A DNA stretch of 64,000 nt from a virus. Of this stretch, positions 10,165 to 20,800 are shown piece after piece. Both the position numbers and the translations under genes were made by a program. Location: positions 1 through 64,000 of IMG/VR virus record IMGVR_UViG_3300048104_000741; one strand, 5' to 3'. A model generated the notes under the pieces. It made no database searches and was not told where the DNA came from. It saw nothing but the letters and a program-made list of their open reading frames with translations. Position 1 is the stretch's first letter. Each line of letters opens with the position of its first letter.

Positions 10165-10362
10165 ATGAAAAACTCTTTAAAGCTAATCAAAAAATTAAAA
10201 AAATGCCTTTTATTATTAAATAAAGAACAAATAGAATATGAAATGATAGAAAAAATAATTAGATCTTTAAAAAGAAAATTAGAAATGGGAGAGAATCCCT
10301 ACAAGTTTAAATCTAATGCTCAATTAACCGACAACTACTTAAAAGATTTTCTTGATTTTTAG
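10165..10362 (+). CDS. Hypothetical protein
   Basis: 65-aa ORF preceded by the GTGTA-N9 motif. Confidence 0.6.
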   Translation: MKNSLKLIKKLKKCLLLLNKEQIEYEMIEKIIRSLKRKLEMGENPYKFKSNAQLTDNYLKDFLDF

Positions 10363-10365
10363 GCT

Positions 10366-10411
10366 TGACATTTACTCTTCTATGTGTAATATTACTTATA
10401 GATCTTTGAAA
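10366..10411 (+). promoter_or_regulatory. sigma70-type promoter and boxA-like element upstream of the tmRNA
   Basis: TTGACA at 10366 with a -10-like region (TGTAAT/TATTAC) near 10385-10395; GATCTTTGAAA at 10401-10411. Confidence 0.55.
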
Positions 10412-10419
10412 TTTTTGCT

Positions 10420-10848
10420 GGGGGTGTACTGGATTCGACTAATGTTGGAATTTGGCGCTGCAAGTCGGAGATGCATCTGGCTCCGATATCAAGATGCAAA
10501 AGCTATACATGGCGAAGGTTATTATAGTATTGAAGAGCTTATTGAAGCTGCTACTGAAGAGTACGAGTCTCTCGTGCAATTTGAGCAGGCTGAAGAGCTT
10601 GAGATGGTAGCTTAAAGCTGCCCCCTTACTTTCTTTGACGCAGATACTAGAATAGTAAGGACATTTATCTGCAAAAACAGAAAAGGTTTATCTGTTAATA
10701 AACTGTAGTCCGCTGAGTATTTGGAGGCAAATAATTGTAACAGAAAGTTAGATGTTAATATCGCAACTATAAAAAAAATTAACTAAACTTGTAGGTGCGT
10801 CAACCAAAGGCACTTAGGACGCGGGTTCAACTCCCGCCACCTCCACCA
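10420..10848 (+). ncRNA. ssrA: tmRNA (transfer-messenger RNA)
   Basis: 5' GGGGGTG pairs with 3' CACCTCC including the G3-U wobble, followed by ACCA. 5' GGATTCGAC and 3' GACGCGGGTTCAACTCCCGC T-arm. Tag frame 10511-10615 ends in ...EMVA*. Confidence 0.95.
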
Positions 10849-10893
10849 AAATTTTTAAAAATAGAAAAAAAAATTACAACGAAAACTCGAACA

Positions 10894-11061
10894 GTGGACG
10901 ATACACACAAGAAATACAGAAATACAGAAAAAGGTAAAAAAGCGCAAGAGAAAGCTCGCAAAAAGTATGATGAAGCCGATTTGGAAAGAAGGAGATCTCA
11001 AAAGCGAGAGTACATGAGAAAAAAAAGACGAGAAGACCCTGGGTATTGCAAGTGGAAGTAA
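10894..11061 (+). CDS. Small basic hypothetical protein
   Basis: GTG 10894 chosen because the track start (10795) lies inside the tmRNA; K/R-rich helix. Confidence 0.55.
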   Translation: MDDTHKKYRNTEKGKKAQEKARKKYDEADLERRRSQKREYMRKKRREDPGYCKWK

Positions 11062-11104
11062 AAACTTGACTTCTGAACTTAATTCTGCTACAATGTTTTA
11101 AGTT

Positions 11105-11791
11105 ATGAAAAAAAGAGGTAGAAAAAAACACACCTGTCAATTAAAATTCAGAAAAACTATTTTTCAGTACGATCAATACTGGAACATTCATTATACAGAG
11201 TTATTTGCAGATGGCAAAGAAAAAGATTTTAAAACCGTCATTAAAGCTCGTTCGGCTGATTTAGCGAGGCAATATCTCAAGAAAAAAGTTTCCCAAGACT
11301 CGCCGAAATCCAAAATAAAATCTTTTACTGTTTTTATGTTTCATAGGAATGGAGAGGTAAACGGAATAAATCTTTCGACAGAAGATTGGTCTTTAATAAG
11401 AAAATGCTCTTTCCCTAACGAAGTTAATATATTATTTAAATACGAGAATCCGAGGCCAAAAGGTTACACCAATAGATTCAATAGTCAAGTTCAGGGCAAA
11501 ACCCCACTAAATGGCTTCAAAAAAGGGCATGCCTACATTGCTCCAAAAAAACTTTACACTAAAGAAGAGAAGTCAAAAATGAAGTATGAAGGAGGGTGGA
11601 AGCCTTGGCCAAAGGCAGAAAGAGAAGCTTTAAAAGAAAAGATAATTTATAATTTTAAATTAAGCAAAAATAGTAGAATTAAAACTGCAAAAGCCCTTGG
11701 TTTCACAAGTTCAAAAGCTCTAAAAAAGCTTTTAGATGAAAAATTTATTGAAATAAATTGGAGTAAAGAATTTCCCTGTCGCACAGATTAA
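11105..11791 (+). CDS. Hypothetical protein with a C-terminal Fis-like HTH
   Basis: C-terminal NSRIKTAKALGF...LKKLL; TTGACT-N17-TACAAT upstream. Confidence 0.6.
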   Translation: MKKRGRKKHTCQLKFRKTIFQYDQYWNIHYTELFADGKEKDFKTVIKARSADLARQYLKKKVSQDSPKSKIKSFTVFMFHRNGEVNGINLSTEDWSLIRKCSFPNEVNILFKYENPRPKGYTNRFNSQVQGKTPLNGFKKGHAYIAPKKLYTKEEKSKMKYEGGWKPWPKAEREALKEKIIYNFKLSKNSRIKTAKALGFTSSKALKKLLDEKFIEINWSKEFPCRTD

Positions 11792-11793
11792 TT

Positions 11794-12663
11794 ATGACCA
11801 ATAAAGATAAAAAAATAGAAAAATTTAACCAATGGCTATCTTGCTATCAAGAAGATTTGGGTCGAATAGTCGGTAAATATAGATTTACTAATCACGCTTT
11901 GGAGCATGATGAAGTGGTTTCTGAAATTAACTTAGGCATCATAAAGAGTTATGAAAAGCTAGCTTCAGACTTAAAAAATCCGATTAAAACTGAATTAGAT
12001 TTTCAAAAAACAGCTTACTCTTATGCAAGAAACTATATAAAGTGGACGGCAGATGGAGCTTCAAATAGAGATAAGAAATATATAATGAATCGTCAGGATG
12101 GAGTGGTAGCTTCTGATGGTGAAGGTAAAACTGTTTTTGAGTCTGTGTGTGAAACCATAGGTAAGGAAGACTCTTTTTTTGCATCTTTGAATGACTCTGA
12201 TAAATTTCAAAATATACTTTCTTGGATTTTTGATTTCAGCCATTTTCTTACCCCTCATCAAAAAAACATACTAGAGCTTTTATTGTCTGGAAAAAATCTA
12301 GATGAAGTCGGAGATTTAACCGGGGTAAGCCACCAGGCGATATCATCAATTTCAATAGAAATGTTTGCGGCAATTAAAAACAATGTAAAAGTCGCCATAG
12401 GGGACGATGATAGTGATAAATTAAAAATAAAAGAAGGTCATGCTTCTATAAAAAAGCTTTTTAGCTTGGAAAGAAAATCTAGAATGATGAATCTAAAAGA
12501 CTTAAGTTTTATAAAATCTCGATTAATAGAAAATCCAAAAAAATATACTCTGATAGATTTGGTGGCCATGTTAAAAGGTAAATATTCCTCAAGACAGATA
12601 TGCGCTTTTGTTAACAGGAACAAATATAATATTTATTTAAAGAAAATCGCAGATAAGACTTGA
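11794..12663 (+). CDS. Phage sigma70-family RNA polymerase sigma factor
   Basis: Region-2-like HDEVVSEINL...AYSYARNYIKW; region 4 LTPHQKNILEL...LDEVGDLTGVSHQAIS. Confidence 0.7.
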   Translation: MTNKDKKIEKFNQWLSCYQEDLGRIVGKYRFTNHALEHDEVVSEINLGIIKSYEKLASDLKNPIKTELDFQKTAYSYARNYIKWTADGASNRDKKYIMNRQDGVVASDGEGKTVFESVCETIGKEDSFFASLNDSDKFQNILSWIFDFSHFLTPHQKNILELLLSGKNLDEVGDLTGVSHQAISSISIEMFAAIKNNVKVAIGDDDSDKLKIKEGHASIKKLFSLERKSRMMNLKDLSFIKSRLIENPKKYTLIDLVAMLKGKYSSRQICAFVNRNKYNIYLKKIADKT

Positions 12664-12699
12664 CTTTTTTTAAAAACCTGTTAATATATAAACCATATT

Positions 12700-13236
12700 A
12701 TGAATCAATTAGAAAACACAAAAACTTACTTAGTAGGGCATATGCAATACTTGAGCGGGAGAAATTGGAGAGAAGAAATTTCAGAAAGTCTTGCAGGCTT
12801 AAACATCACCTGTTTTGACCCTTACAAAAAACCTTTTATAAAAGATGTGGAAGAAGATGAAGCGTCAAGGCAGGAAATGGAAGGGTGGATGAAAACTAAG
12901 CAGTATGACAGAGCTTCAGAGAGAATGAAAACTGTCAGATCCTACGATCTAAATTTAGTAGATAGGTCTGATTTTATAATTGCTCATTTAGTTCCCGAAG
13001 TAGCTTCGTGGGGAAGCGCAGAAGAAATTGTTACAGCTGTAAGAATGAAGAAACCTATATTTATAAGCATGGAAGGCGGAAAAGCCAAAACCCCCCTTTG
13101 GCTCCTCGGCATGCTCCCCCATAAGTATATTTATAATTCTCTTGACGAAATTGTCGATATGTTGTATGCTATAGACAATGGTACAAAATCAATTGATTCA
13201 GATAGGTGGAGATTATTAAAAAAGGAGTATAGATAG
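12700..13236 (+). CDS. Nucleoside 2-deoxyribosyltransferase-like protein
   Basis: TYLVGHM, WRE, FDP, DLNLVDRSDFIIA, SWGSAEE, KPIF. Confidence 0.7.
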   Translation: MNQLENTKTYLVGHMQYLSGRNWREEISESLAGLNITCFDPYKKPFIKDVEEDEASRQEMEGWMKTKQYDRASERMKTVRSYDLNLVDRSDFIIAHLVPEVASWGSAEEIVTAVRMKKPIFISMEGGKAKTPLWLLGMLPHKYIYNSLDEIVDMLYAIDNGTKSIDSDRWRLLKKEYR

Positions 13237-13300
13237 CATGGAATTATTATTACTTTACGCAGTAGGTTCAATCATATATTATTGTATTCATTTTAAATAA

Positions 13301-13549
13301 ATGATAATTATAGATAATATTAAAAATTATAATTTTCAGTTTGGATTTAATCAAACTCAAGATTTTATTTTAGATTCTCTAGAGAAAGAGTTTAAATCAA
13401 AACATGGAGACTCTTTTTTTTATGAAAACTCCCTTATTATTATAGTTGAAAACGAAAAATTCTACCACGTTATTAGAAACAAACATAAAGTTAGAGTTAG
13501 TGGAGAACTTCTTGAAAATTTAACCTTAGATATTAATTCTCACCTGTAA
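13301..13549 (+). CDS. Hypothetical protein
   Basis: ORF in a tightly packed plus-strand run. Confidence 0.55.
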   Translation: MIIIDNIKNYNFQFGFNQTQDFILDSLEKEFKSKHGDSFFYENSLIIIVENEKFYHVIRNKHKVRVSGELLENLTLDINSHL

Positions 13550-13759
13550 GCAATGAACAAATCAAAATTAAAAGAAATAAAAGAAATAATGGGCTACAAA
13601 GGCCTTAGAGAACAAAAAAGACTTTTGAGGAGATTTAAAAAATCGTACTCAAGTTTAAATCAGGAAGATAAAATAAAAGTTATTAAAGATTTAAAAGAGG
13701 CTTTTGAAATAAAATCAAAAAATACTTGATTTTTTAACCTTAACATATATTATAAGAAT

Positions 13760-14044
13760 ATGCACAAATTAAAATATTTCTCAGCGCCTTGGTGCGGTCC
13801 ATGTAAGTTTTTTAAGCCAATCATTAACGAATTAAAAGAAGATGGTTATGATATAGAAATTATCAATATAGACGAAGACCAAGAAAAGACTTTAGCTTAT
13901 GGAGTGCAATCAGTACCTCATTTAGTTTTTGAATCTAAATGTTCTGAAAAATCTCCAGACTGCAAAGAAGAAATTTTATATAGAGTCTCTGGAGGAGCCT
14001 CTAAATCTGATATAGAAAAAATATTAACAACTAAAATCAAATAA
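13760..14044 (+). CDS. trxA: Thioredoxin
   Basis: FSAPWCGPCK active site and YGVQSVP cis-Pro loop. Confidence 0.9.
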   Translation: MHKLKYFSAPWCGPCKFFKPIINELKEDGYDIEIINIDEDQEKTLAYGVQSVPHLVFESKCSEKSPDCKEEILYRVSGGASKSDIEKILTTKIK

Positions 14045-14046
14045 AA

Positions 14047-14322
14047 ATGACAGAAGAAAATAAAAGTGCCAACGAGTGGAAACAAAGAGAGCTTGGAGCC
14101 TTGTGGAAAAAAGAAGGTAAATCTCAAAACTATTATTCTGGAAAAATAAACCTTAAAAATTTATCAAATTCTGATTCAGTCAGCATTGTAGGGTTTGCAA
14201 ATAAATCTAAAAAAGAGTATCCAAATTCCCCAGACGTAATTCTTTACGCCTCCTCATCTCCCGAAGTTTCATCTTCTGAATCTACAAAAGTAGAAGTTGA
14301 CGATGAATCGCCAATGCTTTAA
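14047..14322 (+). CDS. Small putative ssDNA-binding-like protein with acidic tail
   Basis: ELGALWKK...YYSGKI...NxxK...PD pattern; acidic C-terminus EVDDESPML. Confidence 0.45.
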   Translation: MTEENKSANEWKQRELGALWKKEGKSQNYYSGKINLKNLSNSDSVSIVGFANKSKKEYPNSPDVILYASSSPEVSSSESTKVEVDDESPML

Positions 14323-14509
14323 TATATGGGCGTTCCGGTATATGTTATAGTTAGAAATAGAAGAAGGGCAGATCCTTCAAATTTCAAAACAAAAAAAGAA
14401 TCTGAGTCAAGATTAAATTCTATGGTTTCTCACTTCAAAAGTTTAGATCCTGATTTTAAAGAGGTTTTTAAAATTATAAAAACCTCAAACCCTCACTTCT
14501 TAAGGTAGA

Positions 14510-14947
14510 GTGAAAGATTTTGGGGTTTTTTCTGAGGCTTGCCGAAAAAAAGGTTTAATACTTAGGGAGTCAGCGTATACGTTAAAAAGAAATTATTCAA
14601 ATTTTACCCTAGAAGGTAAAAACCGTAAAAAAAGTTATATTTACTTAAAAAAAGTTCAAACGAATAAAAGTTTTGTCTGGGTTGAAGTTAAAAATAAAGC
14701 AGGAAAACCTGGCTGGCTTTTTGGTTCTAGCGACTTCTTAGTGTTTGATACAAAAAGTTCGTTTGTTTTAGTTTTAAAAGAAAAAATGATAAAATTTATA
14801 ATGAAAAATCTAGATAGCCCACAAGTTTCTTCGGGCAAGAGAGGGTTGCCTTATAGCTCTTCTCGAAGAGAAGGTACTAACGAGCAAACTGTCTTAGTTC
14901 CAATTGAAGATATTAAAAAAATAAGTTACGAGATTTGGAGCAAATGA
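14510..14947 (+). CDS. PD-(D/E)XK-like nuclease-fold phage protein
   Basis: WVEVKNKAGKPGWLFGSSDFLVF pattern; catalytic residues look degenerate. Confidence 0.45.
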   Translation: MKDFGVFSEACRKKGLILRESAYTLKRNYSNFTLEGKNRKKSYIYLKKVQTNKSFVWVEVKNKAGKPGWLFGSSDFLVFDTKSSFVLVLKEKMIKFIMKNLDSPQVSSGKRGLPYSSSRREGTNEQTVLVPIEDIKKISYEIWSK

Positions 14948-15279
14948 ATTTAAGTCAAATAGATTTCGCCTTAGTTACGAGTGAATCCTTGCGTCAGAGA
15001 ATTAAGTCTTGGAATTCTTTTGAAGATTTATCTGAAGATCAGTTTGTAGATTTAATCGATTATTCAAAAGAGTTGGTAAAAGAAGACCCTAATCACGAAA
15101 TACTTTTTCTTGTTGTTGCTAAAGGCGTTGATGAAAAGGAAAAGCAGGAAGAGGAAGAGTTAACGGAATTAAAAAGTGAACTAGAGCAGGCTGAGAAAGA
15201 AAAATACGCTAGCTCCAAAAAGAAAAGCGAATTAAGAGAAAAGTCTAAGCAAATTTTAAATTCTCTTTATGGAATTTAA
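14944..15279 (+). CDS. Hypothetical coiled-coil protein
   Basis: ATG overlaps the upstream stop; E/K-rich C-terminus. Confidence 0.55.
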   Translation: MNLSQIDFALVTSESLRQRIKSWNSFEDLSEDQFVDLIDYSKELVKEDPNHEILFLVVAKGVDEKEKQEEEELTELKSELEQAEKEKYASSKKKSELREKSKQILNSLYGI

Positions 15280-15324
15280 TTTTAATATTGATTTTTTGCT
15301 TCAACATACTATAATATATTAATC

Positions 15325-16071
15325 ATGAATGATTTTAGCGGTAAAGAAATAAATAAAGCTCAAGATGGTTTTAAAAAATATTGCGACTCAAATAAAATAT
15401 CTCAAAAACGAGACACTATTTTTAATAAATCGAGTAGCGCAGGAAAAGGAGATGTTCCAAGAAATATAAGTGACTCCTTTAAATCAAACTTTGAAGAAAT
15501 TTTCCCAAACTCCTTTAAACCTTATTGGAAAAAATAATTTATGAGTAATTGTGTAACAAGTTATAACTTAGATATAATCCATAGAGATTTATCGTCGCTT
15601 AATGAAATTATTCATGGCCGATTGAATCAGAGCTATGTTAGAGTAATTCACAAGCCTAAAAGAAGCGATTCTCAGAATATATCTTCGTGTAAAATCGCTA
15701 TTGTTTTTGAAGAGACGGAATCCCTTCTTTTTACCGACATAATAAAAGACCTCTTAAGTGAAAATAACTTCCTGGAAATAGGGGGAAGCTTTGTAGATCC
15801 TTCTGGAGAAGGCTATGTGAATTCTTTAGGCGATAAAGATTATATTTCCATTAATTAATAAAATATGAATTTCCATCTTTTAAATTTTCTTCTAAACAAG
15901 TTTTTGCCTTTTTTTATTATAGCTTTTTTATGTTTTTTAAAAATGGGTTTTAATTGCTTCGAGCCTTACGTAATAATGTCTATGTGTTTTTTTACAAGCC
16001 ATTTTCACTTTAAGACTGGGTATGCGTTAGCTTTCTGCGAATCTAACGGTGTATCAACAGTTAAGAAATAA
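15325..16071 (+). other. Three hypothetical ORFs (15325-15537, 15541-15858, 15865-16071; the last is a membrane protein)
   Basis: Contiguous ORFs; the last is hydrophobic. Confidence 0.55.
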
Positions 16072-16128
16072 AACTTTTTGGAGAGACGCTTAAATACAAT
16101 TCTACAATTGTAAATTAAAAATATTTCA

Positions 16129-16743
16129 ATGGATTCTATTTATTTAGTTTACGGGCTATTTGCTATTTGCTTATTTCTTGCTTCTTGGATTTTTCTCTCA
16201 CAGAAAAAAACTTCTGAGAAAAAAAATCTACAAGAGTCCATAGCTTCTATTCCTCAAAATTTTGAAGAAATTAAAAAAATCTTAACAGAAGAAAGAGATT
16301 CTTGCTTAGATAGGGAGAAAATGCTTTCTCAAACGATATCTGAGCTTCAAGAAAATCAGAAACAACAACATTCGCTTTTTCAAGAAAATTTAAGTCAAGA
16401 GAAGGCTCGTTCTGAAGGTTTTTTGAGTGAACTTCGAGCGTATAAAGATAAATTTGAATTAGTTTCTCAAGAAAAGTCAAAAGTTTTGTCTCAAAAGAAA
16501 AGTAGTGAAGTAAGGCTTGGTCATATAGCGGAAACTTTAGCTCCTTTTTTGGACGAATTTGATTTTAATCCAGAAGAGTGCGTATTTATGGGAAAGCCCA
16601 TTGATTATATTTCCTTTGGAGAAGAAGAGGTAACCTTCATAGAGGTAAAAAGCGGCAATAGCAAACTAAACTCAAAACAGAGACACATTAGAGACTTAAT
16701 AAAATCTAATTCAGTTTGCTGGAAAGAAGTTCGACTTAAATAG
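16129..16743 (+). CDS. Holliday junction resolvase-related endonuclease with N-terminal TM helix and coiled coil
   Basis: GHIAETLAPF, FMGKPIDYISF, FIEVKSGNSKLNSKQ; hydrophobic N-terminus. Confidence 0.75.
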   Translation: MDSIYLVYGLFAICLFLASWIFLSQKKTSEKKNLQESIASIPQNFEEIKKILTEERDSCLDREKMLSQTISELQENQKQQHSLFQENLSQEKARSEGFLSELRAYKDKFELVSQEKSKVLSQKKSSEVRLGHIAETLAPFLDEFDFNPEECVFMGKPIDYISFGEEEVTFIEVKSGNSKLNSKQRHIRDLIKSNSVCWKEVRLK

Positions 16744-16814
16744 CTAAAAATCGACATTCAATTACTCGACAAGAGTGTACTTAACAATGAATTTAATTAA
16801 TAAATAAAAATAAT

Positions 16815-17456
16815 ATGAAAAATAAAATCGTATCATTATTACTGGCCATTGGGCTAATTACTAACGTCGCGCTAGCAAATTCCGCAAAGCTTGGATATAC
16901 CTCTGATTTCTTTTATCGGGGAGAACAAAAAGCTCAAGAGTCTGTTCAGGGATCTATCAACCTTAAAGCTAAAGTTTTGGGTTTAAATGGATCTGCTCAT
17001 GTTTGCACAAATCAGTCTGTCGATACAGGTTCTGATAGCTACAACATGGGTCTGGGTTTAAGCCATAGCTTTGATCTATTAACTGTTTATGGAGGTTTTC
17101 ATCATTTTGAGGATGTTCCTGGGGATGCTTTATCTGAAATAGAATTAAAATTGTCCATTGAGTCTATTGGGTCGCCTTCTATTTCTATTTTTAGAAGCAC
17201 AGATGACAACCTTTATACCTTTGAAGGATCTGTATCTCATTCTATGGATTTTGATTTAGCGAGCTTAACTCTAGTTGGTTCCGCCGGAAACACCGAATTA
17301 ACAGATTCTTCGGATAGGTCCTATTATTCAATTGGAGCTGATTTATCAAAGTCTATCTCAGATAATACAACGCTGAGCGGAGGAGTAGACATTATGGATG
17401 CTGACGACATTGATCGGGAATTTGTCTTTGGAACAGCCTTAACTTTTAATTTCTAA
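16815..17456 (+). CDS. Outer-membrane beta-barrel (porin-like) protein
   Basis: Signal peptide ending ALA, first strand GYTSDFFYRG, alternating beta strands, C-terminal LTFNF. Confidence 0.75.
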   Translation: MKNKIVSLLLAIGLITNVALANSAKLGYTSDFFYRGEQKAQESVQGSINLKAKVLGLNGSAHVCTNQSVDTGSDSYNMGLGLSHSFDLLTVYGGFHHFEDVPGDALSEIELKLSIESIGSPSISIFRSTDDNLYTFEGSVSHSMDFDLASLTLVGSAGNTELTDSSDRSYYSIGADLSKSISDNTTLSGGVDIMDADDIDREFVFGTALTFNF

Positions 17457-17474
17457 ATAACAAAAAAGAAAAAT

Positions 17475-17738
17475 ATGAAAAACACACTAAACACAATCTC
17501 AGGAGCGGTAAAAGGTATTGCCGCTACCTTATTAAGCGTACTAGGACTTCTAGTAGTAGTTCAAGCAGTCTTTGGAGCTTCAGCTCCTGTAGACGTAATT
17601 GGCAACCTGCAGGCCCTAGTTACAGGATTTGCTGGACCTCAAGCAGGATTCACGTCTTTCTTGACTTTAATTCTTGTAGTTGCTCTGTTGGCTAAGAATA
17701 GTTCTTGCTCAGAAGGGGAATGCAACAAGAAAAGCTAA
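17475..17738 (+). CDS. Small two-helix membrane protein
   Basis: Two hydrophobic segments around VQAVFG...DVIGNL. Confidence 0.7.
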   Translation: MKNTLNTISGAVKGIAATLLSVLGLLVVVQAVFGASAPVDVIGNLQALVTGFAGPQAGFTSFLTLILVVALLAKNSSCSEGECNKKS

Positions 17739-17760
17739 GAAAAAAACTTAAAATATAAAG

Positions 17761-17789
17761 AAAGAGGGCTTCGGCCCTCTTTTTTTTTT
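17761..17789 (+). terminator. Rho-independent terminator
   Basis: AAAGAGGGC-TTCG-GCCCTCTTT followed by a T tract. Confidence 0.9.
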
Positions 17790-17803
17790 GTGTATATTGT
17801 TTT

Positions 17804-20800
17804 ATGAACAAGAAAAAAACCGTTTCAAGCGACGTACTCGCATCGGATATCGCCCCTTCTTTCCCTGTCGATCAATCAGGGAATTCTTTAACTATTTCAA
17901 CTTACGCTGATATGCCCGATAATTCTTATGAGAAATGGGCTTATTCTTTTGACGATATTTTATACGTTGAAAAAGAGTGGACTGATTTTCAAAGTGGAAG
18001 CCTTCAAATAGACTTAGATGGGACTGAGTCCGCTATTCATTTTAGGGGAATGAACAATTCTATACTTTCTTCATCTAAAGCTGAAAGTTCCTTGCAATCT
18101 TCAAGTCTTTTTTCAATAACCTTTGATAGCGGCGCTAACTTTTCGGAAACGGTAAAAAGTCAGGTTACTCAAGGCTTCTTAAAATGGTCTGATTTAATAT
18201 CAGGAATAAAGCCTAGTAATTCGTCTAACCCTACTGTTTCTCATAATATAGAGGTTACGGTAAAAGCTTTTGCTGAAAATTCTTCAAAGGTAGGTAGCGC
18301 TATTATTACAAACACTGACACAGTAGAAGGTTCTACTTTTGCTATATCGGGAGATATATCTCTTAATACAAATAATATAGACGCCTACTCCACTAAATTT
18401 CTACAAGTAGCCGGACCTACTAGCAACAAGACTTATACCGTTACTGTTTCAAACGGAGACTTCTATATTGATGGTGCGCAGCAGCCAACGCTAGCTCTTA
18501 CGGAAGGCAACACTTACAAGTTCGACCAATCAGATAGCTCGAATAGCAACCATCCCTTGCGGTTCTCTACCACTAGCGATGGAATACATAACAGTGGATC
18601 GGAATACACAACAGGTGTAACGACTGCTGGAACCCTAGGTAGTGCTGGAGCGTTTACGCAGATTGTGATTGCAGCAGGCGCACCAACGTTGTATGTGTAT
18701 TGCAAGACTCATTCGGGAATGGGTTTCCAAGTTAATACGGAAACGGGAAATAGCTACCAAGTTTCGGTATTAACTTCTATTATCGTTCACGAAGCTGCTC
18801 ATATATTAGGACTGGGGACCTTATGGAGCGATAGAGGTTTTATTAAAACTCACTCTAATGGTTCAACATATTACGATGGAGTAAAAGCTTTAGAGGAATA
18901 CAAAACAATTTTTTCAAATTGGCCAGATTCTAGCAGTTTTATTGGAATTCCAATTGAAAATGATGGCGGAGCAGGAACAGCGGGATCTCACCCAGAAGAA
19001 GGTTTTAAAACTTTTGTTTCCTTTACATCTGATTATGCCCAGTTTGGCGGATTAATATACCCAGGACTTCAAGACGAGATTAATACGGGATTCATGACTG
19101 AAGATAATTACATGCCTTTGAGTAAAATATCTGTAGGTTTTGCGGATGATTTAGGGTTTGTTGTGGATTATGATAAAGCTGATGACTTTGTGGCTCATGA
19201 TCCGCCCTCAACTCCTACTCCTACTCCAGCGCCTCCTGCAGAAGGAGATGGAATTACAATGTATTTTGAAGATACAAGCTCTGTTTCTCTTCCGATTGCA
19301 CAGATTGGCTGGAAACCAACTACTGATCATTTGGGAAATCAAATTACACATTACAAAAATGACGGTCCAGATTCTTCGATTGTTATAGATTGGGGAGATG
19401 GAACTACGCAAACCTTAACTAAAGGTCAAGAAGGGGTAATAACAAAAACTTACGCCTCTAATTCTGGAGTTAAAACAGTTAATATAACTGGGCATTTGGT
19501 AAAATATGGAACTCCTGATTTAGTTGTAACCGGTGGGTCCGAAAATACCGATGTAGTTCAGAGTAACACGAAAATGACAAAACTCGTTATAAAAGGGATG
19601 GATTTTCTAGAAGATACTTCTTATGCTTTTTACAAGACCTTAATGCTGGAAACTGTGGATTTAGCTGATTTTAAATCCCCAAGTTTAGAAAAATGCGCAT
19701 TCATGTTTGCGATAGAGAAGCTTATATTTGAAACTAATGGAAAATTACATTGCAGTGCCCCGTTTGGCCTCAACACTCCAGTTTTAAAAAGCATAGATAT
19801 TTCCTCAATGAATTTCTTTGATGTAACATGGTGGACAGGCATGTTTAGAGCTCAAAAAAATCTTGAAACCATTTCAGGCGCGGAAAATCTTTTTTTCCGA
19901 TACGGAAATGACTTTGGTGGCAACTCCAATAGGAATACTTTTTCAGCTCTGGGAACGGGGGGAACAATGGACGCTTCGACTAGTATATTTAGTGGTTGTG
20001 ACTCTTTAGCTTCTTTAGATTTAAGTTCATATGGATTTGCGTATGAAGAAGGTACGGGTTTTTCTGTTTCAGACGCTTATATTGCTGCAAATTCGGACTG
20101 GCTGGATACATATACCACCCTTGACTGTATATATGATCCACTTTGTGAATCTTTAAGTAATAGTTGGAATGCGGCTTTTATGAAAATTCCCTCAAATAGA
20201 CCTCAATGGGACTCTTTTAAGCCGTACAGACAATCTGGGGGAGATTTTTGTAATAACTCAGGAGATTATATTGAATTAAAATTTAGCGCAGCAAGATTGG
20301 CCTCAATAAATAGAACTGTTTCATTTGAATTTACTCATCATTTGCTTCATTGGGCTCAAGACTCTTACGTAGAGTTAACCGCTGGTAATTGGGGGCCGGA
20401 TCCAGATTCAGAACCTCATGTCTATATAGATTGGGGCGAAGGAGCTGGAAACCAAGAATACGCTTGGAGCAACTCAGCTTCTTTCACCTACCCAGATAGC
20501 AATACAGAACGCACTATTAAAATTTCTGGAGATTTAAGTTGGATTACCTGCAAACACGCAAGCTCTGCTAAAATAATTGGAATGAGGTCTTTAGAGAAAA
20601 CAGATCGAATGTTTAAGTGCGATTACGGAAAGGAGTTAGATTCTTTAGATTTATCTCAATGGGACTCTAGAAATATCGTATCTATGAATAGAATGTTTTA
20701 CTATCAGAATTTGAACGCTCTATCTGATAGTAATGGAGAATTCACTGGATTGTCAAATTTTTCTTCTAAAAAATTAACAGATATGGCTTATCTTTTTTGG

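Noticed and set aside
10352-10615. 87-aa ORF in the track
   Set aside because: It is the tmRNA 5' end plus the tag reading frame, not an independent gene.
10795-10893. N-terminal part of ORF 10795-11061
   Set aside because: Overlaps the tmRNA T-arm and acceptor stem; GTG 10894 is the more plausible start.
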